64,000 nt of DNA from NCBI GenBank assembly GCA_016193175.1, contig JACPSR010000052.1, positions 11,226 through 75,225 of the forward strand, given 5' to 3'. Under the pieces are notes generated by a model that was given only the letters and a program-made list of their open reading frames with translations, had not been told where the DNA came from and ran no database searches. Origin of the DNA: Candidatus Omnitrophota bacterium. Its GTDB lineage: Bacteria; Omnitrophota; Gorgyraeia; Aquiviventales; Aquiviventaceae. The position numbers and the translations under genes were made by a program. Positions 24,201 through 36,200 of this stretch are shown piece by piece. The number at the start of each line of letters is the position of its first letter. Position 1 is the first letter of the stretch.

Positions 24201-27200
24201 CGCGCCTTGAGCGATCCCCCCTCCGGCGAAGAGCTCGGCATCCGCCCGGCGCGCATCTTCCGCCGTCAGGAAATCGACGCGCGGGGTCACGCCGTGGCGC
24301 GTCACCAAGTGGTTTGCGAGGATCGTCTCGAGCCGAGCCGCTACGTCGCGAGCTACACGTTGATCCGTCAGATCCTCAACCGGCTGACCAAGGGCCGCGG
24401 AGGACTGCGCCGCCAACTCCTCATCGCTCACGATCCAGGGGCGCAGCGCGTCCCAGATCGAGGCCCTGATCGCCGGATCATCATGCGTCACTAAGGTGCC
24501 CAGGAGACTTGGCAGTTCATGCATCAAGGCTTGGGGATCTCGCAACTCCACGGGAGGCTGCTGAGCCGAGGGTGTAGGGCTCATCATCTTGACCGGCCTG
24601 ATCACGCTCTCACGCAGGGTGCGCGCTGACTGCAACACCAGCACAGCCAGATCCGCAAAGGCCGCCAATCGGATGGCGTTGAGCTGGATCAGTTGCCGAT
24701 CGTCTAAGCGCGCATCTCCTTCGGTCTTCAGGTCCATCGCGTCGGCCAACAGAGCCGGAACGCGCATGACCGCTGCAGCCACATGGCCCACGAAGTCACC
24801 GACCGATTCAGCCGCTCCCTTCACGGAGCTGGGGGCCTGTGCGGCCACCTGCTCTTTAACCTTGGCAGCGGTTTCCCCGATACGGCGTGCGAGATGGCCG
24901 AGCTCCTCCTTAAACGGGACCATCTGTGCAAGAAAGTCTTTGGTATCCTTAACGGCTGCGGGCAGATTGAGGTCTGGGAGTCCAAAGGTCCTCAGCTCCA
25001 GCCGTATCCACTCCACATAGCTCTGCAGGCGTTGGAGCGTGTCGGAGAAACGCTCCAACTGCACCGCCAACTCGTCGAGATTGAACCGGCTGGTGGCGAT
25101 GTCCGAGAGCGGTCCGCTGATCTCCTCAGCCTGCCTGCGCAACTGTTCAAGCAGCTCCTTCGCTCGCCCACTTTCTCCGACCCCATAATCAACCGCCGAC
25201 CCTGCCTGCTCGGCTTTGTCTGCAGCCGTCTGAAGCAAGGCGGCCAGTTGACGGATCCACTGGGGCGGTTGGGCGCCGAACAACGGGATGGTGAATACTT
25301 TTCCGCTTACTTTGAGGTTGAGCTTGCCATCGACGATCTTGAGCAGGTCCTTCGCCACGTCGCGCAGTTTGGCGGGATGATAGGTCTTGGCCATCCCTTC
25401 GACCCACTCCAGCACGCGCTCCCCCCGTTCTGGCAGTTCGAGTGCCTTTGCCGCTTCTGGCTGCCATCGGCTCTTGAGCGTGTTGAGCGCATCCACCACC
25501 ACACTGGCCGCCTCGAGCACGACAATGACATTCGTGAGGTCTAGCTGGAGGGCGTCGATGCGCCGATCAAACTCATTCGGGCGGTCTCGCGTGATCAGGA
25601 CCTTCTTGGCGATCCCGCTGACGGTGTTGCGAATCGGCTCCGGCACCAGGGGCAGGTACTGGGCGATCAGCTCCTGGACGTGAACCTTGGCGTCCTCGTA
25701 CATCCGCTGATAGTTGTCCACCCTTTTCTGCACGGTCTCCGCCGGCAACATTCGTTCGGCAAGCCATCTCCCTGCCCTCGTCCCCATCGAGAGCGCTGCC
25801 ACGGCCACGGCAACGTGATGGAGGAATGACGACGCGCCTTCGAGTCCTGCTTCAAGCCGACTCCGATCCGGTTCAATCGCCTCGTCGAATGCTTGTTGAT
25901 AGCGCGACTTCCAGCCGGTCCGCTCAGGGTCCTTCAGGAACAGCAGGTGTTCCGGGTCCGGGTCCCGGATCAGTTCATACATCGGCTTGCCGCGCGCAAG
26001 GCCAAACAGCGGCACCGACGCCGCCGGCCTGGCCCATTCGATGCGGGTGAGGCGTCCCCACTGCGAATTGAGCTTGAGCTTCACCCCTCGCTCTCCGACT
26101 TTGAGCGCGAACACCGGACCGCCTCCAAGCTCCTTGACGGTTTCGTAGATCGACTCGAAGTCGTTCGCGACCCAATTGGTCATCACGAGCGGCTCATCGC
26201 TCAGTTTCACCGTGATGTGCGACCAGCCGGGTGGAATGACCAGATGATCTCCGGCCTGCACGCGCACGACTGTCACGTCCGTCACCAGAGCCCGAAGTCG
26301 AGGCTGCCACAGGATCGCCAGCCCTTCCCCGGCTTGGTACTCATACAGTTCTGGATATTTTGATCTTCGCCCAAACACGAGCGGATGCTCGTGCCCGAAC
26401 GTCTTGATGTACTCGACAAGACCGCTGGGATCGGTGATCGGCTCGCCAATAAGCATTGTGACGTCGTGCCGTAAGCCCCACGCCTCCGCCCTCATGCGGT
26501 CTTTCTGACTGGCGTAGACGCCTCGATACATCCGGTAGGCGACCCGCTTGCCTTCCTCACCTGCGGTCACGGCGTCTTTCTGAGTCGTGGCGAGAACTGG
26601 TTTCAGGTTTTGCACCGTCCGGTCTTGCACGTTGGTAACGACCGTGCCAGGACCGAAGTCCAGGCCGGTTCCTTCCCGATTCACGCTCATCTCGAGGCCG
26701 GCCGCTTCATCGAGCTCCTGTCCTGGCCGACGGACGAACAGCCGGTCCAGCAGCTCCTGCACCTGGCTGGCGTCCTCATACCCCACAATCGCCGGGAGCT
26801 CCACGTGCCTCGGTTGCGCGCCAGGCTTCTTTCCTTCAAGCAGGAGCCGCTGCTTGGTCACCTGCGCCTCCAGCAAGGCTACGATCGCATCCGTGCCGTC
26901 CAGACCCCGCGCCAGCAAGTTGAGCGACGCGCCGCCTCCGCTGGAGACATGTTTGAGCGCAACACTGCTGGTAAATTGATCGATCAGCCCGAATTGCTCG
27001 ATGGCCGCCGCAGAATCGCCACCACCAATGACCGATTGCTCGGCTAACAACATCGCCTGCGCAAGAGCCCTGGTCCCCTCCTGGAATCGCGGATCCTCAA
27101 ATTGCCCCATCGGACCGTTCCAAACCGCCAGCGTGGCATGCGTGAGATGTTCTGCGAAGAGCTTCCGCGTCTCCGGCCCGATGTCACGAAGATCATCGGT

Positions 27201-30200
27201 GGGGAGAATCTGATCGGCGCCCCGCACCGCGGTTTGCGTCCTCTCCGAATCGGTGAAGACGACGAAATCGACCGGTTGCACCAAGCGAATCTTCCCTTCG
27301 CGATGCAACCGCAGCACGTCCGTGGCGCTCTGCAGGGCGTCCTGCTCCTTCTCGCTCAGCGACCGGCCGACCTCTTTGCCTTCCGCCACTCTCAGCGTGT
27401 TGGCCAGGCCGCCGCCGACCAGAATCGTCAGGGGGCGTCCTTCCGCGATGGCCCGCTGCGCGATCGCGTTCATCACGCCGATCTTGTCCCCGATCTTCGC
27501 CCCGCCCATCACGACGACATCCGCCTCGGTGCGCGCCGCGCTCAGGGCGAGGATCTCCTTCTCCATCAAGAACCCTAACAAGGTGGTCTTGACCATCTGC
27601 TGGGCCATCTCGATGGCCACCTTCCCCACCGAGGCATGCGCGCCCCGATGGGCCGCCCCGAAGGCGTCGTTCACGTAGATGTCGGCGAGGTCCGCGAATC
27701 CCTTCGCATAGTTCTGGCTGCCGCCTGATTCCTCTGCGCTGCGAAAGCGCGTGTTCTCAAGCATCAGAACTTGCCCAGACTGCATCTTGCGGACGGCCAG
27801 CCGCGTCGGCTCGCCGACAACCTGCGCATCATCAGACAGCATGACGCGCTGACCGAGGAGATCTTCCAGCCGCTGGGCCTGAGCCTTCATGCTCCAGGAG
27901 CTGCCGTCCTGCTCCTGATGGCTGGCGATGATCACCTTGGCGCCGGCCTGGACGAGCCGCCAGATCACCGGCACGGAGGCCACGATCCTGGCGTCGTCGC
28001 TGATCGTCTTCCCGGCGTCGCTGAAGGGCACGTTATAGTCGACCCGCACCAGGACGCGCTTGCCCGCGACGGCGGCGTCGTCGTAGCGCTCCAGATACCC
28101 GTACAGCGACAGCGCGTCGAGCTCAGGATACCGCGCGATGAAGGCCTGATGCTCTTCCTCCGTCAATCCGACGGATATCCGCGAGGGCTGCGTGGTGGAA
28201 ACCGTCGAGGGGTTGAAGGAGAGGACCGACCCCATGACCAGGGCGGCCCCCATCCCTTCGGGCACGGCCGGCGGCCCCACCTGCAACGCCTGGATGGCAT
28301 CAGCGCCAGGGAGAGGGATCGCGACGTTCCTGGTCGCATCGGCGGCGCTGTCAAAGATGTTGAGGAAATCAGGAAGGTGTGGGCTGACGAGGGGGAACAA
28401 CCACAGGTACAGCAGATAGAGGCCGAAGGCGCCAGCTATGATCGCGATGCTGATGATGGCGATCGTTTTCGCTTCGCGAAGAACCTGGACCCGCCATGGA
28501 ACCGCAGGTTGTGCAGCAGGCTGCGCAGCTTGTGGTGCCGCTGGAGGAGCGGTCACCGTTGGGGCTTGCGCGGAAGAAGGCTGACCCGCCCACCATCGAT
28601 CCAGCGCCATATCGGTCCGGCGAACCGCGCTGTTCCACCGTCTGACGATAGGCCGTGACATCCGTAGGAAGAGCCCGGCTTGGAGGATCACCGCCGAGAT
28701 GAGAAGAATCGTCCCCGCAGCGGAGTGTGTGTACGTGGGGACGAGTTGGCTCCCTGTGAGATAGGTGGTGTAGGCGAGGAGGAGCGAGAGGCCAAGGTAG
28801 AGGAGTTTGAGCGTGGCGTCGACGAACCAGGCGGGCTTTCGCGCGTGTTGAACGAGCACCTCAGAAAGCTCCTGCTTGACGTGATGTTGAGCGACGATCC
28901 TGCCCACAAGGCTCGGGGTGGCATTCTGGAAGGCGCGCGCGGGGCTCACCTGGAAATGGAGCGGATCAGCCAGGGCTTCACGGGCCAGACCAAACTCCGC
29001 CAGCCCGCGGAAGAGCTCCGCATCCCGTGGATCGAGCACCAGGTGCACGTCGCCCCGGGAGAGATACTCCTTCTCAATCCACTCATAGAGCGCCGCCATT
29101 CTGATGAGGCGCACGACATCTCCTGTTCGCTCCTCAGGGGCCTTCAACAGGTAATCGCTCAACCCCCCCAAGATCGTGCCGTCATCCAACCGTCCGTCGC
29201 GGTAGAGGCTGACCATTCGACGCAGGTCGGTGTAGAGGTCTGAATCCGTCAGGGCGGCCTGGGCCATGAACCACGCCGGCAGCGCGATAATCACTCGTCC
29301 GCCGCTGAGCTGAAAGGCTGGCGCCCCAGGCTCTGGATTGATCTGAAGGGTGATGGGGATTTCCTGACCGACTCGTTGCGCCTGCCCGAGGAATCCCTGG
29401 AAGTTGCCGAGAAACTGTCGCCAGATTGGAGCGTCTTCGCCTTCTTCCGGCAACGGCTGGGACGCGGCGGCCTCCTGATAGAGGCGCCGCATGCGATCCA
29501 GCAACTCATCGCTGAGGCGCGATTGGGCCTTCAGGGCCTCCGACACGAGCAGGCCGAGAAACGGCTCGAGCCGATCATAGGCTCGTCGGTAGTCGCTCCA
29601 CAGTCGCCGGCCATCCACGCCCTTGAGATCCAGGACTGCCTGTTGGGCTGTTGGCAAGGTATCGACGCGGGTCACCGCAGGCCCCAAGTCCCGCTCCCGG
29701 AACAACGTGTCTGAGATGAGCAGCCCCGGTGCAGGCTGTTGCGCAGGTTTTCTCCCTTCCGCTTGCGCTCTTGCCCGCTCGTCCGCCGCCCGCCTCTCCC
29801 CTTCGGCCTTCAGGGGTCTCGCTAGGACACCGATCTGCTCAGGTGCTTCTCGCTGAAAACTGCCTGCCGTATAGAGATGAATCTTGTGTTCGTTCCTGGC
29901 AGGCTGGATCTCACGGTGGTTGAGCGCTTGTGGCCCTTGCGCAGGCGCCCTCACCGCCTTCAGCTCCTGCTCCAGTTGCGCTTTGAGCATGCGGGTGATC
30001 CGATACAGCCGCTGGGGCTGGGTCGCCAGCTCATTCAGCTCGCGAAACGGATCGCCACCTTGGGAAAGCAGCAGCTTATCCGTCGCCAGGATCTGGCGGA
30101 TGTGGTCGGCCCCAAACACCCCTCGCCGAAGCTCATCCAGCAGCCGCTGCCGGTACGTCGCTCCCACGAGCTCAGCGTCGCTGGCATGGATGAGAATCCG

Positions 30201-33200
30201 CGCGACGATCATCGCGTCATCCGCCACCTGCTTGCGATCCACGCCCAGCATCCCTTCGGCAAGCTGCATCGCCGACGTCGCGCCCCCGGCCGTCCGCTCG
30301 GCCAGATTCCTGATCCCCTCTGGGATGATGCCCCCTGGAAGCGCCGCCAACACCGAAGCCCTGCGCTCATCCCACTCGCTCAAAATCTCAGCCGCCACGC
30401 GCTCGGCGCTGAGCTCAAAGTCGGCGGCGTGTTTGGGATTGCGATCGCGCCGGCGAGACGCCGACGATACCTCTCTATTGCGCAAGATCCATGTCACATC
30501 GCCCGGAAGCCGCCTCAGATGATCGGCCATCTGCCCCATGGCTTCAGGCGGGACCACCACGCACAAGCGGGGAGCCGCCACCCTGCCGTTCTCGGCGCGC
30601 TGGAGCAGGCCGATGTGCCGCTGGACGAGGTAGCCGTACATGGCGGTCGCCGTCGTCTCGAGGGGATAGGTTCGCTGGAGGGCCTCCTCGACGCCGTCGC
30701 GCCGGGCTTCATCCGCTCCGTCAATCCCTCCGTAGATGAAGCGAGGCAGGGTGGAGGCAACTGTCCAGGGCAGCAGATCGCCGGCGGCGGGGTTGGTGTT
30801 CTGCAACGTCGCTTCAATGTGCCGAACGAAGTCCCAGGCGAAGAGGATCTGCTGGAAGCTTGGCCGCCGGTCGCGCGGGACGGCCAGCCACAGATACAGG
30901 CGGGCCATCAGCCTGGTGAAAAAGAAGTCTTCATAGGTGAGGTCATCGGTCGGATGGAGGCCGCGCTCCACCGCCATATTGACGAACGGCCAGCGCGGAC
31001 CGGCAAAGAAGAGCGCCCGCGGCCGCAGGATCGGCATGAGATTGTGCACCACAACGCCGTACATCCGATGCCGGGTCAGCCATCGGCGAAACGCCGACAG
31101 GCTGTCGAGCGCATTCCCCAGCGCCTGCCGCGAGGGGACATCCACATAGTGGGAGAGCACGAGAGACTCCGGAACCTCCATGCCGAACTGCTCGGCCAGG
31201 GCGGTGAAATGGTTCAGCTCAACCAGGCGATCGCCGGCATCCATCCCAAAGAGGTCCCTGAGGGCATCAGCGATGGGCTTTGCGTACCCTTCAGGCACCA
31301 CCACCGTGTGGCCGCTGTCGAGATGGTCGCGGATCGCCGCCAATTGCTCAGGGGATTGCCGCACGATCCCCAGCGCGACCGGAACGATCGCTGACACGGC
31401 ACCCTGAGTGGATTGCACGGTGAGTTCCGCCGTGCGGCTGGTGTTCGGATTATAGACATCGCCCTTCGGCAGGTACTCCCGTGACATCCGGAAGCCCCTT
31501 GCCACAGCTCGCACCAGGAGCTCGCGGCCTGTGCGCAGATGGAAGCGATACTGGCGAATCTCGCGATCCTTGTTAAAGAGATACAGTTTGAGCTCGGTCC
31601 AGACCTCGGTCATCGAGGGGGCGTTGCGGATGATTCCCGCAAGCCCCGCCAGCCACCGCTCCGCCTTGGCGCCGTCGTAGTTGCCGTGCGTATCGGCCAC
31701 TTCGGTTTCGCCACGACCCATCATGCGGCTTGCGCGAAGTCTCCAGTTGACCTCGAAGAGGTTCGTCAGCTCGAAATCCGGCATGGCCTGGTTCTGGGGA
31801 TGCCAGCGCAACTGGGTGAACGGCTCGTTAAACCACCACATCACGCCGTATTTCTGCGGATGCTCGCCGGCGAGGACGTCTGCCAACCAGAGCCGCTTGT
31901 TCGGGTCTCGCTGCGCCTGCGTCCTGAGTGGCTGTTGGGCGCCGTAGAAAAACGCGGCGAACTGCCAATCCGGGGTCGCCGCGACAACCGGGCCTGCGGC
32001 CATGTGGGCCTGGCCGCCGCCGCGCTCCACCCGCCGGCGGTAGATCGTGCCGGCCTGTGATTCCTTGACCATCTCAATCGGCATCGGCTCCCCGTACAAC
32101 TCCGCCCGGGCGCTTGCCTCAAGCATCGCCGGCAACCGCGTGGACCAGCCCGGCCGCTGGCGGTAGAACTCATCGAGCAGCGTGCCGATCTTGATCGCCG
32201 CCTCCGTATCCGACAATGCCTTGGTGAGGATCGTCGCCGCAAACCCCTGCGGCCCCCCGGCGGCTTCGCCCAGCCTGACCTGGACCCCTTCGTCCGTCAT
32301 GTCAATCCCAGGCACCAACCCGGACAGGCGGCTCAGCAGGTCGTAGAACGCCGAATCAGGCAGGATCGTGAAGCCTTCAGTCAACACGGTCTTGCGCACG
32401 AACTTGGCGGCCTCGATTCCGGTTTGCACGCCTTCGGCCACTTGCTGCCCGACCAACTCACGGGCTTGCTTGAGCGCTTCCTCGGTCAGGCCTTGAGCGC
32501 CTTGGCGAACCGAAGCAAGCTGATCACGGACAACCTCAAACGCCTGGGCTAAGGCGGGCTCGACCACCTCGCGGCGCACCCAGTACTGGCTCCAGGCCTC
32601 TGGGGAAAGGGGGTTATCGACGATCGCGTAGCGGCCGGCCACCCCCTCCTGATCCAGCCGCACCTCCTCGCCATTGGCCAGCGCCAGAAGCTGCTCGCGG
32701 TCCATCCCCTCCAGCACCGACTTGGCCCGCGCCCGCTCAAGGACTTCCCCGGTGTCACGATTGACGATGGTGACCGGGAACTGTGTGGTCCATTGCGTCA
32801 CCACGGACACTGGCTCGCGGCTGATGGCGATGACCCGGTCTGGCTCGAGGTCCGGCTTCGTCGAGAGACGCATCCCGCTGATCGTCACGTACTCGCCGTC
32901 AACCAACCGGGCGCGCTGAGCCCGATCGGCGGTAGCGAGGTTGATGCCCATCTGCACGGTGAAACGCGTATCGGTATGAGACACCGACCGGCCGGTGAGC
33001 AATTCCCAGAGCTGATCCTGCGTGATCGGCTCAATATCTTGCCGGCGACTGACGACTCCGCTGTCCGCGTCATACCATGTGAGAGGGACCGATGGCCGTT
33101 CCCCTCTCAACAGCGCAAGCGCCTCCTGGCGCGTCATCCGGCCTTCCAGTTCCACCAGCGGCGAGCGCGAATCCTGTTCCCGCCGTCGGTATGTGGCCCG

Positions 33201-36200
33201 CAACGAAACCCCCGACGGCAGCACGTCCAGCACCTGGAGCGTCACCTCCGTCCGCCGGTCGACCCATCGATGGTTCAACAGGACGCGGAGCTCATCGTCT
33301 GACAGCCGGTCCAGCGCCATCGATTCGCCAAGCTCGTTGACGGCCTGCACCGCTTCGGGCTGCTGCAAGCGCTCCTGGAGGTACGTGAACGGAATCATCA
33401 TCGGGGTGGTAGCGGCGTCAAACCCCAGCGCCTGGTACCGCGCCTCGCTCATTTGATCGAGGTAGAGGGGAATCTTCAGCCGCGCTCGAATCGTCATCCC
33501 GCCGACCGCCACCTCCTCCCCGCGGATGAGCCGGGCGAGCTGCGCCGCTGAGAGCGACCGGACCAGCGCCGAGCGAGCCCCCCCTTCCACCGGCCGTGTC
33601 GCATCGTCCTGAAGCAGCTCGATCGGGTAGTTGAGCCGGTACCGCACCCAGTGGAGCCCCAGCCCCTCCCGACGCACCAGCGCGATCACGCCGCCGAGGA
33701 GAAGGGTGCGAAGCGTATGGATCCATCGGCGATCGAGGTTCACGGCGTCTCGCGTCCCCGGCTCGGCAAACGGGTTGAGCGTCCTCCCTGCTCCGTCCGT
33801 CAGCCGCAACCGCCCCTGGAAGTCATGCGAAACCCAGCGCTGGAAGCTGCGCAGCTCCCCGGCCAGCGAGGGGGTGAGCGGCGTGTGGCCGACGAGCAGG
33901 ATTGTCGAGTTCTCCGCCGGCACTTCGAGCACGCGGAAGTGTCGAGCGAATGGCTCAGGGATCTGGATCTCATGCGGATGCGGCGCGAGGTCCCCGTGCT
34001 TGCGCCAGAGGATCGTGAGCACTCTCACGAAGCGCCGGCGCCCCTCCAGCGAGCTGAAGAGGTCCTCCACGTCCTCTTTCGAGAGGTATTTCAGAAACAC
34101 AAAGCGGGTGGCGGCTTCCTGATATTGGAGGGAGTCCCTGATCGCCGTGGCGATTCCCCGGCCGGCCGCTTGCAGATCCTCAGGGGTTGGATCGCCGGCG
34201 CGGCTGAGGCGTTCCTGATAGAGCGCGTTGAACTCGATCTGCGAGGCAAGCCAAAACTCCTGACGAGCCTCCTCTGAATCGCGTAGGGGAACCAAGGAGC
34301 CGCTGAGGATCCCGCCCATGACCTCGTGCATGGCCCGTCGGAGCAGGCCTGGATGCTCACGCACCTCCCGGGAGCGCAGCAGGTTCTGAAGCGACTCGGG
34401 CAGGAGCCGCCAGTACCCTTCAATTTCCGTCGTGAAGGCCGCCGTAGGAGACCCCGGATGGCGGCGAACGAACTCTGCACCGCTTCTGGCCGCCTTCGAG
34501 AGACCCTGCAGCACGTTGAGCAGTCCCTCCCCGGCAGCAGTCCCTGAGAGCGAGGAAACGAGGGCGGTCAGCCCGGGATGCTCTCTGAGCGCACCATCCA
34601 GGCCAGCCAACTGCCCGGCGATGGCGCCCGTCACGCTCTCGAGGGCCCCAAATTTCTCTGCGGTTGAGAAATCCCAGTCGGGGGGGGTCGTGCGTCGCCG
34701 CTGGAATTCATCCAAATCCGGCCGATAGTCGGCGTTGCGGAGAAACTCGAGGGCGAGACGATGATTGCCCTGCGAGGTCAAGAAGTGAAAGAGGGAGAAC
34801 TCATCCACGCCCTCAGCGCTGAACACCCGCAACGCGAGATTCTCACGAGGGAGCAGGGGTTGTGGGATCTCACCTGCCGCCGCTCGCAGGTTGAGTGGGA
34901 CCTCAATGCCATACAGATATTCGACCAGCGAGGGGAGGAGCCGCAGCTCATACGGATCGCGGCCGGTCCGCAGCCTGACCTGCTGCGCCTTGAGGAGCGG
35001 AGGGCCCATCACCCCAAGGGCGATGCTCTTGCGATTCCCTTCGCTGGGATCTTCGTACGCAAGGTCGTACTGGAGCGCCGTCCAATCGGCCACCGCGACC
35101 CGCACAGCGTCCCGCACAAAGGGAAGGGCTGCCAGCGCTTGCACAAGCGAAAGGAGGCGAAGCCGCTTCAGGATCGCGTAGCCGAGATCCACCCACAGCA
35201 TCCGGGTCCTGACGTCCCGCTGCTGCCGGTACCATGCCGAGTGGAAATCGTTCTGATAATCGATCAGGCCGCGGAGGGTCTCGTATCGTTCCTCGCCCAT
35301 CCCCAGATTGGGGATCTCCCCTCCGCGACTCAAACCTTGGAGCCCTCCCGTCGGTTCGCCGATGAGAGGCCGGGTGACCGCGTCACGGAACAGCCCTTCA
35401 GAAGAACGCAGGCGCCCACGCTTCGCTTCCACATCCCTGAGGCCCTTGACGCTTCCCTCCAGCGGTCCGAATGACCCATACACGTTGAATCGCCCGTCTG
35501 GACTGGCAAAGTCCGGCACATGCTCAAACGGTTTCACCTGCTCGGCGAACTGGACGTTTCCAGCAGCCGCAACACGCACCTCCTGCCACACACTGAGGAT
35601 GGCCGTGAGGAACCCGTCCAGATCCCGCTGCAAGTCTCCATGCAGCTCATCGCTAATCACCCGGCCCGTGCGCAGCATATTCAGGAGCCGCACGGCGTCG
35701 TCCTGATTCTCGTAGATGAGCCGGCCAAGCTCCGCTTCCCAGTTGCCTCTCAACTGCGCCTCGGCGCCCAACAGAATCTGCCGACGGATCGAACCGAGCC
35801 TGAGCGTCCGCAAGATCGGTGGCGCCAGGACGACGCCTGCAAAGACCGCCAGGCCAACCGTCGCGCCGATCCACATAGCACTCACACCTGCGCCGATTGC
35901 GCCGATCCAGAGCGAGACGATCCCAAAGACCGTCACTCCACTCACCACGCCGGCAGCAAGACCCGCAAGCACGCGAGGAAGCAGCCGCCTGGGAGCCGGG
36001 GCGCTCGGTGTCGGAGCAGGTGGAACGGGTTGACCGACTGCAGGAATGTGGCCTTTCGTCGCTTTGAGCTCGTTCCAGAAACCGGTCTGGACCTCGTACG
36101 CCGCGAAGCGGAATGGCTGCTCAAGGAGGGCCGTGGCGACTCCCGCCACAAGACCCAGGTCGACCTTCTTCACGCGAGGTGACTCAGCGCGCGCATCCTC

